Below are positions 1 through 8,411 of a stretch of 29,694 nucleotides of DNA, piece after piece. A program made the translations under genes and the position numbers. The notes under the pieces are model-generated. The model saw only the letters and a list, made by a program, of their open reading frames with translations, made no database searches and was not told where the DNA came from. Position 1 is the first letter of the stretch. Every line of letters begins with the position of its first letter. The DNA is from a virus (Duplodnaviria; Caudoviricetes). The stretch is taken from the IMG/VR virus record IMGVR_UViG_3300033067_000467, positions 1-29,694 of that record. One strand, given 5' to 3'.

Positions 1-49
1 AGCGTGAACTGCCGGGGGCGTGACCAACACCTAACGACCAGGAGTTGAT

Positions 50-289
50 ATGGCTGATTCTACGCCGCGCGACCTGCCCCCCTACGACGCCGAGGCGATC
101 GCGTTCGGCCGCAGGCGCAACCACCGGGCCGTCCTCAAGCGGATGGACGAGATCGTCGCCCTGATCCGCAGGTACGACCTGTGGGACATGGGCGATGGCC
201 TTGGCGGCCCGATCCTCGACGGGCTACGCGCCCGCAGCGAACGGCCCGCGCCTAGCCGGTTTGGCTTCGACGACTGCGCCGACCGATGA
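50..289 (+). CDS. hypothetical phage protein (79 aa)
   Basis: AGGAG RBS at 40-44 before the ATG; stop overlaps the next start (ATGA, 286-289). Confidence 0.7.
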   Translation: MADSTPRDLPPYDAEAIAFGRRRNHRAVLKRMDEIVALIRRYDLWDMGDGLGGPILDGLRARSERPAPSRFGFDDCADR

Positions 290-993
290 CATGGGTCAAG
301 CTCGACGACGGGTTCGCCGACCACCCGAAGGTCGCCGCCGCCGGGCATGTCGCCGCGTGGGTCTACGTCGCCGGGCTCTGCTACTGCTCCCGGCAACTCA
401 CGGACGGGTTCATCCCGACGAGCGTGCTGCGCCGCCTGACCGACGTGCCCAAGCCGGAACAGCACGCGGCCCGGCTCGTCGAGGTGGGCCTGTGGGAGAC
501 GTGTGACGGCGGATGGTGCGTCCACAACTACGCCGACCACCAACGCACACGCGAGCAGGTTGACGCCGACCGGGAGAAGTGGCGGGAGAAGAAGAAGAAG
601 CAGCGCAACACCACCGTTGTCCCCGGGGGACACTCGGGGGACACTCCGGGGAGTCCCCGCGATGTCCCTCCACCAGAGACAGAGACAGAGACAGAGACAG
701 AGGTTTGTAGTGGTTCTGTCTCAAGTCTTTCGCGCACGAACGGGCGAAACGGCACGGACCTCGACCCCTTTGAGAACGATCCTCGCTGGGTCCGACTTGC
801 TGACACGATGGAGAGCCGGGACGAGTCTCGTGCGAACACGTTCCGAACGATCCGACGGCTCATCAACAAGGAAGGCATCGCCGACCACCTCGTCGATGCA
901 GCGGCAGGGCAGACCATCGCCAAGGACGGCGCGGGCCTCGGCTACCTGACGATGATCGTCCGCGACTGGTACGACGCGAGGACCGGGGTGTGA
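286..993 (+). CDS. phage replication initiator protein (lambda O-like / actinophage RepA-like)
   Basis: N-terminus MTWVKLDDGFADHPKV...YCSRQLTDGFIP...LVEVGLW...VHNY..HQ, typical of phage replisome organisers; basic coiled segment, low-complexity linker (ETETETETE) and helical C-terminal domain. Confidence 0.8.
   Translation: MTWVKLDDGFADHPKVAAAGHVAAWVYVAGLCYCSRQLTDGFIPTSVLRRLTDVPKPEQHAARLVEVGLWETCDGGWCVHNYADHQRTREQVDADREKWREKKKKQRNTTVVPGGHSGDTPGSPRDVPPPETETETETEVCSGSVSSLSRTNGRNGTDLDPFENDPRWVRLADTMESRDESRANTFRTIRRLINKEGIADHLVDAAAGQTIAKDGAGLGYLTMIVRDWYDARTGV
618..702. repeat. iteron-like GGGGACA/TGTCCCC repeats plus (AGAGAC)x4.7; putative replication origin inside the initiator gene
   Basis: TGTCCCC 618-624, GGGGGACACT 625-634 and 636-645, GGGGAGTCCCC 648-658, TGTCCC 663-668, then AGAGAC tandem 675-702. 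Confidence 0.6.
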
Positions 994-1001
994 CCGTCCG
1001 C

Positions 1002-1030
1002 TTGACCGCGTCCCACCCGACGCGTAGCAT
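1002..1030 (+). promoter_or_regulatory. sigma70/SigA-type promoter with palindromic spacer
   Basis: TTGACC (1002-1007), 17 bp, TAGCAT (1025-1030); CGCGTC-N6-GACGCG at 1007-1024. Confidence 0.7.
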
Positions 1031-1036
1031 GATCCT

Positions 1037-1162
1037 GTCGCTGACCCTCCCAAGTGAGTCGACGCACGACCGGCCCCCGCCAAGCTCCGCCCGAGCCCCA
1101 CGGGGGCCGGTCCGCGTCCCGAGACGCGAAGAACCCCCGGTCATCGGGTCCGGGGGTCCTTC
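1037..1162 (+). ncRNA. candidate structured small RNA with anti-Shine-Dalgarno loop
   Basis: Follows the promoter, has no credible ORF, and forms four consecutive hairpins (1037-1063, 1068-1112, 1113-1128, 1128-1162); loop region ACCCTCCCAAG. Confidence 0.55.
1128..1162. terminator. intrinsic terminator, probably bidirectional, ending the late operon
   Basis: GAAGAACCCCCGG...CCGGGGGTCCTTC 13-bp stem (G-U pair on minus-strand RNA, A-C mismatch on plus) between convergent units. Confidence 0.7.
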
Positions 1163-1231
1163 ACGGTCATTCTCGATACGGAGTCCCATCCGCATCACAG
1201 CCCATCTGGAGCTGCGTGCGGCAGCGTACGC

Positions 1232-1954
1232 CTACGGCTTCTTCTCGTCAACGACGCGACGACAGCCACGCTCGGCCGTGTCGGCCTGCATCTCGCGGTA
1301 CTCGCCGCCACGCTTCAAGAACCACGCCTTCAGCTCGTCGAGCTTCTCGTCGATGATCTTCTCGCACTCTTCCGGGGTCACGTCGGGTTCCTCCACGATC
1401 GGGGTCAGGATCTCGTTCACACGCGCGACGAACGCCGGCCACGGAAAGTTCGGGCCTGGGTCGTAGTGACCGGACTGGCCGTACGCAGCACTCACGCAGA
1501 CGTGCCCTGTGAGCCCCCAGGCGCCCGCCTTGACCTCGTCGGCCCCAAGGTACCGGGCCGGGATCGCGTGCCTGTGACACCACGCTGCGACGGTCTGAGC
1601 GGCGTTCTCCAAAGCGGCGGTCGAGTAGGCGTCGGACCAGTCAGCGGTCGTCTGGCTCGCCCGACCGGCGATCTCGAGGTGGAGGCCGTCGTCGTTCGCG
1701 CCGGCTGCGCCGTTCGTCCGGTTGTCGTCGGGGGCGCAGCGGATGATCGAGTTGTCGTCGACGCAGATGTGCGCGGAGCCGACCGACCCGGACGCGTCGA
1801 GCGCGGCCTTCGACGAGAAGAACGCCGCGACCCCTTCCGCGGCAGATGACCCTTCGCCGGTCTCGGCCGTGTGGATCACGATCAGGCGGACGGTCCCGGC
1901 CCGCGGCTTCTGGTAGTAGGCCGCACGGTAGGGCAGGTCGTCGAGGTCGATCAT
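1232..1954 (-). CDS. endolysin, N-acetylmuramoyl-L-alanine amidase (Amidase_2-like), 240 aa
   Basis: Likely start MIDLDDLPY at the ATGA overlap with the upstream stop; zinc-amidase motifs IVIHT, SAH, HLEI, GH, HYDPGPNFPW. Confidence 0.9.
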   Translation of the reverse strand: MIDLDDLPYRAAYYQKPRAGTVRLIVIHTAETGEGSSAAEGVAAFFSSKAALDASGSVGSAHICVDDNSIIRCAPDDNRTNGAAGANDDGLHLEIAGRASQTTADWSDAYSTAALENAAQTVAAWCHRHAIPARYLGADEVKAGAWGLTGHVCVSAAYGQSGHYDPGPNFPWPAFVARVNEILTPIVEEPDVTPEECEKIIDEKLDELKAWFLKRGGEYREMQADTAERGCRRVVDEKKP

Positions 1955-3234
1955 GCGACTTCGATCCGGCCGGTGATCGACACGACGTCCGACGTCGCGA
2001 ATGTGATCGGCGACGTCGAGTGCAGGTTCGTCCACACGGTCGTCTCGCCGCCGAACACGACAGCGCCGCGGCCGTTCGCAGTGACGAGCGCCGCAAGGTT
2101 CGAGTCGGACGCGTCGTAGATCGCGAGGTTCAACGGGACCATCCGCGACGCGACCGACGTGACCCCGCCCGGCAGGGTGAACGTCCAGAAGTTCGCGCCC
2201 GAACCCCACACGGTCGTCCCGCCGCCACGCAAGTAGATCCCGAACTCGACGATCTTGCCGTACTGCCACCACCAGCCGGTCAACGTCCCGTTCCCGATGT
2301 CTGGCGCGGTCCCGCCTGCTGCCGCCCACGTCGGCGTGTACGCGGTCGATGCTTCTCCGGCGAAGTGCGCGGCGACCACACTCCCGGCGGCGATGCCGAG
2401 CGTCCCGACCTGCGCCCACTTCACCCCGACCGTCTCGCCCGAATCGGCAGCGAGGACCAGGCCGTCCGCGTCGATCGGCAGGACGTCGAGCGTCCCGGCG
2501 GCAGATGCCGACACGAGCCCGCCCTTGTCGATGTCGGTCACCCCGGCGATCTTCGCCGCGGTCACCGCCTCGGCGGCGAGGCCGTCCGTCGCGACCTGCC
2601 CCCACTTGTTGCCGGTCGCCTCGCCCGAATCGGCGATGAACACCTGGCCGTCCGTGCCGACCGCGAGCGCCGAGAACGTGTTCGTCCCCGTCGCCGTCGC
2701 CAGCCCGCCCTTCGCGATACCGGACAGGCCCGAGATCGACTGTGGGGTCAGCAACGCCCACTTCTGGCCGGTCGCCTGCGCCGAATCCGCGACCCGCACA
2801 TGGTTGTTCGTCCCGACGGCGAGACGAGCGAGTACCCCCGCCGACGTCGCAACAAGCGAATCGCCCTTCGTGGTCACGAGCCCGACCGTCTGCGACGCCG
2901 TGTAGTTCGCCTCGTCGATGTCGATCGACGTCAAGCACAGCTCGACCGTCGCCGACCCTGGCGTATGCGCGACGCCCGTACCTGGCGACGCCGAGTCGTA
3001 CCCGCGAGTCTCGATCGTGACCGTCGAACCCGTCCGCGACTCGCACAGGATCTTCTCTTCGTTCGCCGTGCCACGATCGACGACGACAGCGAACGACCCG
3101 GACGCGCCGGTCGGCCATCCGGTCGTCGCCGACAGGCCGAACGTGTCGCCCGGCGACGACGTCGCACCCGACAGGCCAGACGTGACGGTCGCCGCGACGG
3201 CAGACCCACTGTAGGAACGACGCTCGTACGACAT
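1951..3234 (-). CDS. tail fibre / minor tail protein
   Basis: Thr/Gly/Ala-rich; three KG...ADS...G.KW repeats; C-terminal YTPTW...IGNGTLTG...GK.V...FTLP fibre-tip-like domain. Confidence 0.75.
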   Translation of the reverse strand: MSYERRSYSGSAVAATVTSGLSGATSSPGDTFGLSATTGWPTGASGSFAVVVDRGTANEEKILCESRTGSTVTIETRGYDSASPGTGVAHTPGSATVELCLTSIDIDEANYTASQTVGLVTTKGDSLVATSAGVLARLAVGTNNHVRVADSAQATGQKWALLTPQSISGLSGIAKGGLATATGTNTFSALAVGTDGQVFIADSGEATGNKWGQVATDGLAAEAVTAAKIAGVTDIDKGGLVSASAAGTLDVLPIDADGLVLAADSGETVGVKWAQVGTLGIAAGSVVAAHFAGEASTAYTPTWAAAGGTAPDIGNGTLTGWWWQYGKIVEFGIYLRGGGTTVWGSGANFWTFTLPGGVTSVASRMVPLNLAIYDASDSNLAALVTANGRGAVVFGGETTVWTNLHSTSPITFATSDVVSITGRIEVA

Positions 3235-5120
3235 CAGGTGACCCTCACTTCTTTCAAGGTGGCGACGAACGTGCCGTCATAGCCGCCGCGGCTCCGGGCA
3301 CGCTTGCCGTACGGAACCCACTGGTAGTCCTCGACGATCACCCGGTAGGTCGATGCGCCTTCCTGGTACGACGTGACCGTCTTCGCCTCATGCAACCCGA
3401 TCAGCCGGTCGCGTTCGTCGTCGACCTTGATCGTACGCCGATGCTCGTTCCCTGCGATCACGTTCTCGTGCAACAACAACGGGACGATGATCCGCCGGCC
3501 ACCGACCGACGACGGCTCCGCACGCAACACCCACCGTTTGATGACCGGCGTATCGGTCCCGTCGCCAGACACGGACAGGCGCACCTCGAACGTCTCGGCC
3601 CGGACAAGGTTCGTCGACCATGACCGTTGCTCGCCACGCACCGCCGACGTCGCGAGCTCGGCGCCGAGCACGACGGCCGTGGACTGCTGATCGGTCGCGA
3701 GGGACGGCGCATACGAACCGGCACCGGCCGCGGTCGTCACGTCGAGCTGCACTGCCGTCTTCAAGTGCGGCAGGCCGTACGAGCACCAGCCGGTCGTCAA
3801 CGAACCTTCGGTGACGTACCCGGCCGCGTCTTCGGCGTAGCAGCCGACCGACGCGACCGTGAACACGCGCCGGCCAGCGAACGTGACGGCCGATAGGACC
3901 GCCCCTTGCGTCTCCGCGTACAGGTCCGACGCCCACGCGGGGGTCAGGTCGGCAGTGAACGTCCGCAAGTCGATCCGGCCGAGACCCGTCGATGACGAGT
4001 CCTGGTTCGTGAGCCCGAACCATACGAACCGTTCTTGCGGCTCGAAGCAGTAGACCGGGCTGTCGGTCGGGATCAGGTCGCCGAACGCCGAGATGTTCCC
4101 CGACTGGTCGAGCGCCGCATACCGGACGCCCTGGTCGGTCCCGACGAGCAGCCCACCGAGGTAGCCGCACATCGAACGGGCGACCTCGCCGTCGGGGAGT
4201 TCACCGGCGACGACGAGCGCGTCGAGTGCCGTCGCGTTGTCGGCGAGGCCAGTCCGGTAGATGATGCTCTTGTCGCCCGCATACCCGGACGCGTAGATCG
4301 CGTTCGGTCCTTCGGCCACGTCGGTCCATGCCCAGCCGGTGTTGACGAAGAACGTCCCGGTGTTGAGCGCGTCGGTCACCGCGGTCGGTGGCGCCTCAGT
4401 CGACGCCTTGTTGTTGTAGAGGTAGACGCCGTTCGCAGTGAACAGGCGCCCCTTCGCGTAGCGGACGAGACTGCCAGGGTTCGTGCCCGTCGGGTGCCAC
4501 TTCGCGTACGTCGTCCCGGCTGTCGTCGTGTAGTAGAGGTTCGTCCCGTCGATCACCCACACGTTCCGGCCGTCTGTTGCGATCGACTGAGGTGACGACA
4601 GCGCCGTGCTCGCTGCCGTCACCTCAGTCCATGACGACAGGTCGGCGCTCCGGTACAACTTGTCGTTGTCGAGCATGTAGACGTACGACCCGGCGACCAC
4701 CACGCGAGCGTTCGACCCAGCCGCCGCCTTCGCCTGCGTCACGGAAGGCAGCAGGCGAAGCTCGCCGTACGTCCACGGGTCGAGGCCCTTCGACGTACGG
4801 AACCGCTTCCGGGTCGAGACCGTCCCGCCGTCCTGGTCGGTCAGGTCGAGGTACGTCTGGCCCGCGCCGCCATGCCACGACGACTGGGCACGCGGCCACA
4901 GATCTTCCGGGTTGAGGGTCTGTTCGCCCGGCTCGGTGCTGCTGTCGGCCTGTTGGCGTGTCGCCGGGATCGAACGGTGCGAGAACGCGCCCGACTCCCA
5001 GTCGATCATGTAGCCGACACCGCCGAGGTTGACGTGGTAGTCGTTCCCGGTCGGCGACGACGAGACCGTCCCCGTCCAGAACGGGTCGGAGAAGAACCCG
5101 GTGATCGCGTAGGTGGTCAT
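3234..5120 (-). CDS. tail nozzle / tubular protein B-like virion protein (628 aa)
   Basis: Beta-rich, propeller-like sequence; SSWHGGAGQ and SKGLDPW motifs; lies directly after the adaptor-like gene. Confidence 0.6.
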   Translation of the reverse strand: MTTYAITGFFSDPFWTGTVSSSPTGNDYHVNLGGVGYMIDWESGAFSHRSIPATRQQADSSTEPGEQTLNPEDLWPRAQSSWHGGAGQTYLDLTDQDGGTVSTRKRFRTSKGLDPWTYGELRLLPSVTQAKAAAGSNARVVVAGSYVYMLDNDKLYRSADLSSWTEVTAASTALSSPQSIATDGRNVWVIDGTNLYYTTTAGTTYAKWHPTGTNPGSLVRYAKGRLFTANGVYLYNNKASTEAPPTAVTDALNTGTFFVNTGWAWTDVAEGPNAIYASGYAGDKSIIYRTGLADNATALDALVVAGELPDGEVARSMCGYLGGLLVGTDQGVRYAALDQSGNISAFGDLIPTDSPVYCFEPQERFVWFGLTNQDSSSTGLGRIDLRTFTADLTPAWASDLYAETQGAVLSAVTFAGRRVFTVASVGCYAEDAAGYVTEGSLTTGWCSYGLPHLKTAVQLDVTTAAGAGSYAPSLATDQQSTAVVLGAELATSAVRGEQRSWSTNLVRAETFEVRLSVSGDGTDTPVIKRWVLRAEPSSVGGRRIIVPLLLHENVIAGNEHRRTIKVDDERDRLIGLHEAKTVTSYQEGASTYRVIVEDYQWVPYGKRARSRGGYDGTFVATLKEVRVT

Positions 5121-6001
5121 GCGCGCTTCAAGTTCGGGTACTGGCCCGACAGGCGGGTCGCTTCTGCCGCGACACGACGGGCACGGTACGCGTAGAGGTT
5201 CTGGCCGGCGCGAGCCGTCGCACCTTGCGGGACGTCAGCCGACCGGCGCGTCTCGGGCTGGCCTTCGATCTGCACACGTTGCGACTCGCGCATCCCGAGC
5301 AGGCGTGCGGCCGCGCCGAGCGGCGGGATATCCAACGCTGTCGTCGGCAAGCCCGTCACGGTCGCGACGTTGTCGGTCAGGCCGGTCAGCTCCGCGAACG
5401 GGGCCTTGTACCAAACCTGCAACCGCCTGCCCGGCTCGAGGGTCTGATCGAGGAACAGTGCCGGGCCGTTCGGGATCTCCGCTGTCGGAGCACCGTAGAG
5501 CCAACGGTACGGGACCCGCGGGTATCGGTTCTCCGGGCCGGTCTCGTCGTAGCGGACATCCCACACGTCGAGGACATCATCGGCTGACAGGTCGTAGACG
5601 TACGACGTCGCCGACGACGTCAACGTCTTCGTCTTCATCTGGTAGAGGCCACTGCCCGACAGGCCCCGTAGCTCTTGCTGCAACGCCTCAAAGATGGCGA
5701 AATCTGAGAACCGCGGGTTGACGGCGACGACCGCCCCGTCAACCTGTGCTGCCGCGTCCGAACCTTGCTGGCCCCGCTCGACCGTCGCAGTCCGGGTCGG
5801 ATGGTCGATGTCCCACACGTACGCGACCTCGAGGCCGCAGCAGAGCAGGTCGCCGTGAGAGATGTCCGACGTGTCGTAGTTGAACGCCCACGTCGACGCC
5901 CCCGCGGAGACGGCACCGTCGAGCTTGTTCAACGGCTCGCGCGACGAACCCATCAGGTGACGGCGAGTCTCGTGGATCAGGTCAGCGGTCGTGACCGTCA
6001 T
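5117..6001 (-). CDS. head-tail adaptor / tail tubular protein A-like (294 aa)
   Basis: Likely start MTVTTADLIHETRRHL at an ATGA overlap; helical termini with a beta insert, typical of podovirus adaptors. Confidence 0.6.
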   Translation of the reverse strand: MTVTTADLIHETRRHLMGSSREPLNKLDGAVSAGASTWAFNYDTSDISHGDLLCCGLEVAYVWDIDHPTRTATVERGQQGSDAAAQVDGAVVAVNPRFSDFAIFEALQQELRGLSGSGLYQMKTKTLTSSATSYVYDLSADDVLDVWDVRYDETGPENRYPRVPYRWLYGAPTAEIPNGPALFLDQTLEPGRRLQVWYKAPFAELTGLTDNVATVTGLPTTALDIPPLGAAARLLGMRESQRVQIEGQPETRRSADVPQGATARAGQNLYAYRARRVAAEATRLSGQYPNLKRA

Positions 6002-6417
6002 GCGACGTCCTTGATGATCCCAGCGTCGGTGAGCGCCGCGGCAGTGTCTTCGACTTGTGCGCGTGACGCACCGTGCCGTGCCATCGTTGCACGATTGTCG
6101 ATGTCGAACTGATCTTCCGGTTCGCTCCGCTCGAGCAGTTCGGCGTCTTTCGTGTGGGGCGGCTGCATCCCGGCCTGGCGGAGCCGCTTGTATGCCGGGA
6201 GGTCCTTGTTCAGTTTCGCTTCGCGTGCGTCGGCCGCACGGACCCCATGTCGCTTGTTCGGGAGTGCGCCGGCACCGATGTAGAGCCCGCGGCCGAGGAC
6301 CTTGACGAGCGGCGCGGCCGCGCATCCGAGGCATGACAGGGTTGGCGTGTCATCGAAGCCGTGCGTGACGTCTTCTTCGTTGCCGCACTGTTCGCAACGG
6401 TAGGTGTAGAGGGGCAT
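5998..6417 (-). CDS. FmdB-family zinc ribbon protein (139 aa)
   Basis: MPLYTYRCEQCG...CLGC signature; TGATG overlap with the upstream gene. Confidence 0.8.
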   Translation of the reverse strand: MPLYTYRCEQCGNEEDVTHGFDDTPTLSCLGCAAAPLVKVLGRGLYIGAGALPNKRHGVRAADAREAKLNKDLPAYKRLRQAGMQPPHTKDAELLERSEPEDQFDIDNRATMARHGASRAQVEDTAAALTDAGIIKDVA

Positions 6418-6758
6418 CAGAGCACCGCCTTTGCGAGCAGGTCGAACAGGCCGATCAGCGCGCCGCACGCTGCACCGCCGAGGATGAGCCCACGGTAGAG
6501 GGCCTTTTCGGCGTTGTGTCCGAACGAGAAGCGGGTCCCTCCAGGGACGCGCATGACGTACGGGTTGGTGGGCTTGTCGGCGAACTGGCGCTTCGGTGGG
6601 GGGCTGCCTTGCTTGGACGGTTCGGTGACCCATACGGTCCCGACGACCTTGCCGTCTTTGAGGTCGTCGCGTTCGATCCAGACGTTCTTTGCGTCGTCGA
6701 TGACGTCGTACTCGACCCAATCGGCGGTGCGGCGACGTTCGGTGCGGTTGACGGCCAT
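6417..6758 (-). CDS. hypothetical protein with C-terminal hydrophobic helix (113 aa)
   Basis: Start MAVNRTERR just after the upstream stop with a GGAG RBS; hydrophobic tail LILGGAACGALIGLFDLLAKAVL. Confidence 0.65.
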   Translation of the reverse strand: MAVNRTERRRTADWVEYDVIDDAKNVWIERDDLKDGKVVGTVWVTEPSKQGSPPPKRQFADKPTNPYVMRVPGGTRFSFGHNAEKALYRGLILGGAACGALIGLFDLLAKAVL

Positions 6759-6759
6759 G

Positions 6760-7197
6760 TCAGTCGCTCCCGGTGAGGTCACCGCGGACATGACGGATGA
6801 TGCGCCGCAACGCCCGCGCTTCGGTCTTGACCGCAGCCTGGAGGGCCCGCACTGCGTTGGAAAGCTGCGCGGCGGTGAGCGTGCCGGGCGCGATGTCGGC
6901 CGCGTCGATGATCTGTTGCAGTGCGGCCATCGCGGCGGCGAGCCGCTGGTCGATCGTGTCGGCGTTCTGCCACGGCGCGGCGGGCAGGGTCGGGTCTGCA
7001 ACGGCGGCGCGCCATGCGTTGAGTGTCGCGGCGGATGGTGCCGGGTCGACGTTGTACCGCCAGACCAGTTCGGTGACTGCCTCGTTCGCGTACGACAAGT
7101 CGGGTGTCGGCATCGCCGTCTGCTTCGCCCGGTACTCGGCGTCGCGGACGTTGGCGAGGATCGTCCCGGCGGGGAGTGGTGCCGTGTATTCGATCAT
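6760..7197 (-). CDS. hypothetical helical protein, possible fibre chaperone (145 aa)
   Basis: Start MIEYTAPLP at a TGATG overlap after the fibre gene; Ala-rich coiled-coil C-terminus. Confidence 0.6.
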   Translation of the reverse strand: MIEYTAPLPAGTILANVRDAEYRAKQTAMPTPDLSYANEAVTELVWRYNVDPAPSAATLNAWRAAVADPTLPAAPWQNADTIDQRLAAAMAALQQIIDAADIAPGTLTAAQLSNAVRALQAAVKTEARALRRIIRHVRGDLTGSD

Positions 7198-8411
7198 CAC
7201 GTCACCTTCGGGATGTGGGTCAGCGTCGCTGTACGCATTGTCACCGATTGGGTGTCGGTCGTGCCGCCCGACGCGACTTTGAGGTCGATCGACAGGTCGT
7301 TCGTGTTGACGTTCAAGCCGCTGCTGATCGCACCCGACCAGACAAGCAGCGTGCCGACAGCATGAAGGCCGTCCGCGACGTTTGACGTCGTGCCGGAGAC
7401 GGCGAGCAGACCCACACCGTAGATCCCGAGATTGGTCAGCGACGTCGAATCGGCGCACGCGAGGGTGATGTCGAGCATCCAGTTCCGGGCCGTAGCTGAC
7501 GCCGCAAGCGTTGACGTCGCCCCGCTGACATACACAGACCCGACAGTGTTCGCGCCGATCGACCATGTGTACGCGAGCGAGCCGCCCGAGTTGTTGACCA
7601 TCGTCCCGTGAACTTGGAGACGGAGCGTGTCGCCCAGGCTCAGCGTCCCGGCAGCGACCGTCAGGGCACTGTTCAGGACGCTCGTCGAGGTTGTTTCGGT
7701 CGTCCACCCCGACGACGACGAGATCGTCTTCGTCGTATGGTTCGTCGCGATGACACGCGATGCGTACTTCCACGATGGGTCCGTGCCACCGAAAATCGAC
7801 TTGCCTGCTCCACCGACCGCGAACCGCGTGTTCGTCGTCGCGTCACGGACGACGAAGTCGCCGCGGGTCGTTGTCGGGGCGAGCGCATCGAACGCCGCCG
7901 CGGCGGTCGACTGGCCGGTGCCGCCGTCAGCGATCGGAACGTCGGTCCCGCCCGCATGGAAGATCCGGTTCCCCTCGACAGCGAGGACACCCGCCGACGA
8001 ACGAGCAAGGGTCGTGTCAGACGCATGGCCGATGTTGACCGCCGTGAACTGCGGCGAATCCCCGGTCCCGAGCCCCAGATTCGTCGCTGCCGCAGCAGCG
8101 GTGGACGCGCCCGTGCCGCCGTCAGCGACCGCAACATCGGTCGAACCGGGCGCGTAGTAGTCGGTCCCCGCAGCCGCCGCCGACAAGACACCCGACGTGA
8201 GCTTCGCCAAGCCCGAGATCGTCGCCGACTTGATGAGCTTCCCGGTCGTCCCATCGAACAGGACGACCTCAGATGCGACCGACGACGCCGGACCGACAAC
8301 ATCGCCGGACCCACCGCCACCGCCGCCGACCGACGTGACCCGCAACGCCTGGTTCACGTCGTCGTAGACAGCGCCGAGGACACCGTTCGCGTCAGTTGCG
8401 TTCTTTGCCAT
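7197..8411 (-). CDS. tail fibre-like virion protein (404 aa)
   Basis: GDVVGPASS...FDGTTGKLIK module, two TDV..ADGGTG.STAAAA repeats and a beta-rich C-terminal domain. Confidence 0.75.
   Translation of the reverse strand: MAKNATDANGVLGAVYDDVNQALRVTSVGGGGGGSGDVVGPASSVASEVVLFDGTTGKLIKSATISGLAKLTSGVLSAAAAGTDYYAPGSTDVAVADGGTGASTAAAAATNLGLGTGDSPQFTAVNIGHASDTTLARSSAGVLAVEGNRIFHAGGTDVPIADGGTGQSTAAAAFDALAPTTTRGDFVVRDATTNTRFAVGGAGKSIFGGTDPSWKYASRVIATNHTTKTISSSSGWTTETTSTSVLNSALTVAAGTLSLGDTLRLQVHGTMVNNSGGSLAYTWSIGANTVGSVYVSGATSTLAASATARNWMLDITLACADSTSLTNLGIYGVGLLAVSGTTSNVADGLHAVGTLLVWSGAISSGLNVNTNDLSIDLKVASGGTTDTQSVTMRTATLTHIPKVT

Noticed and set aside
1037-1162. tRNA or known riboswitch
   Set aside because: No cloverleaf, T-loop or recognisable aptamer consensus.
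990-1466. 158-aa + strand ORF overlapping the initiator stop
   Set aside because: Runs through hairpins and antisense to the endolysin; Ser/Arg/Pro-rich composition of a shadow frame.
1955-3118. Long N-terminal extension of the endolysin in the ORF track
   Set aside because: Arg-rich alternative frame of the fibre gene; ATGA coupling supports a start at 1954. The same applies to track extensions of the adaptor, FmdB, scaffold, ejection protein and terminase genes.
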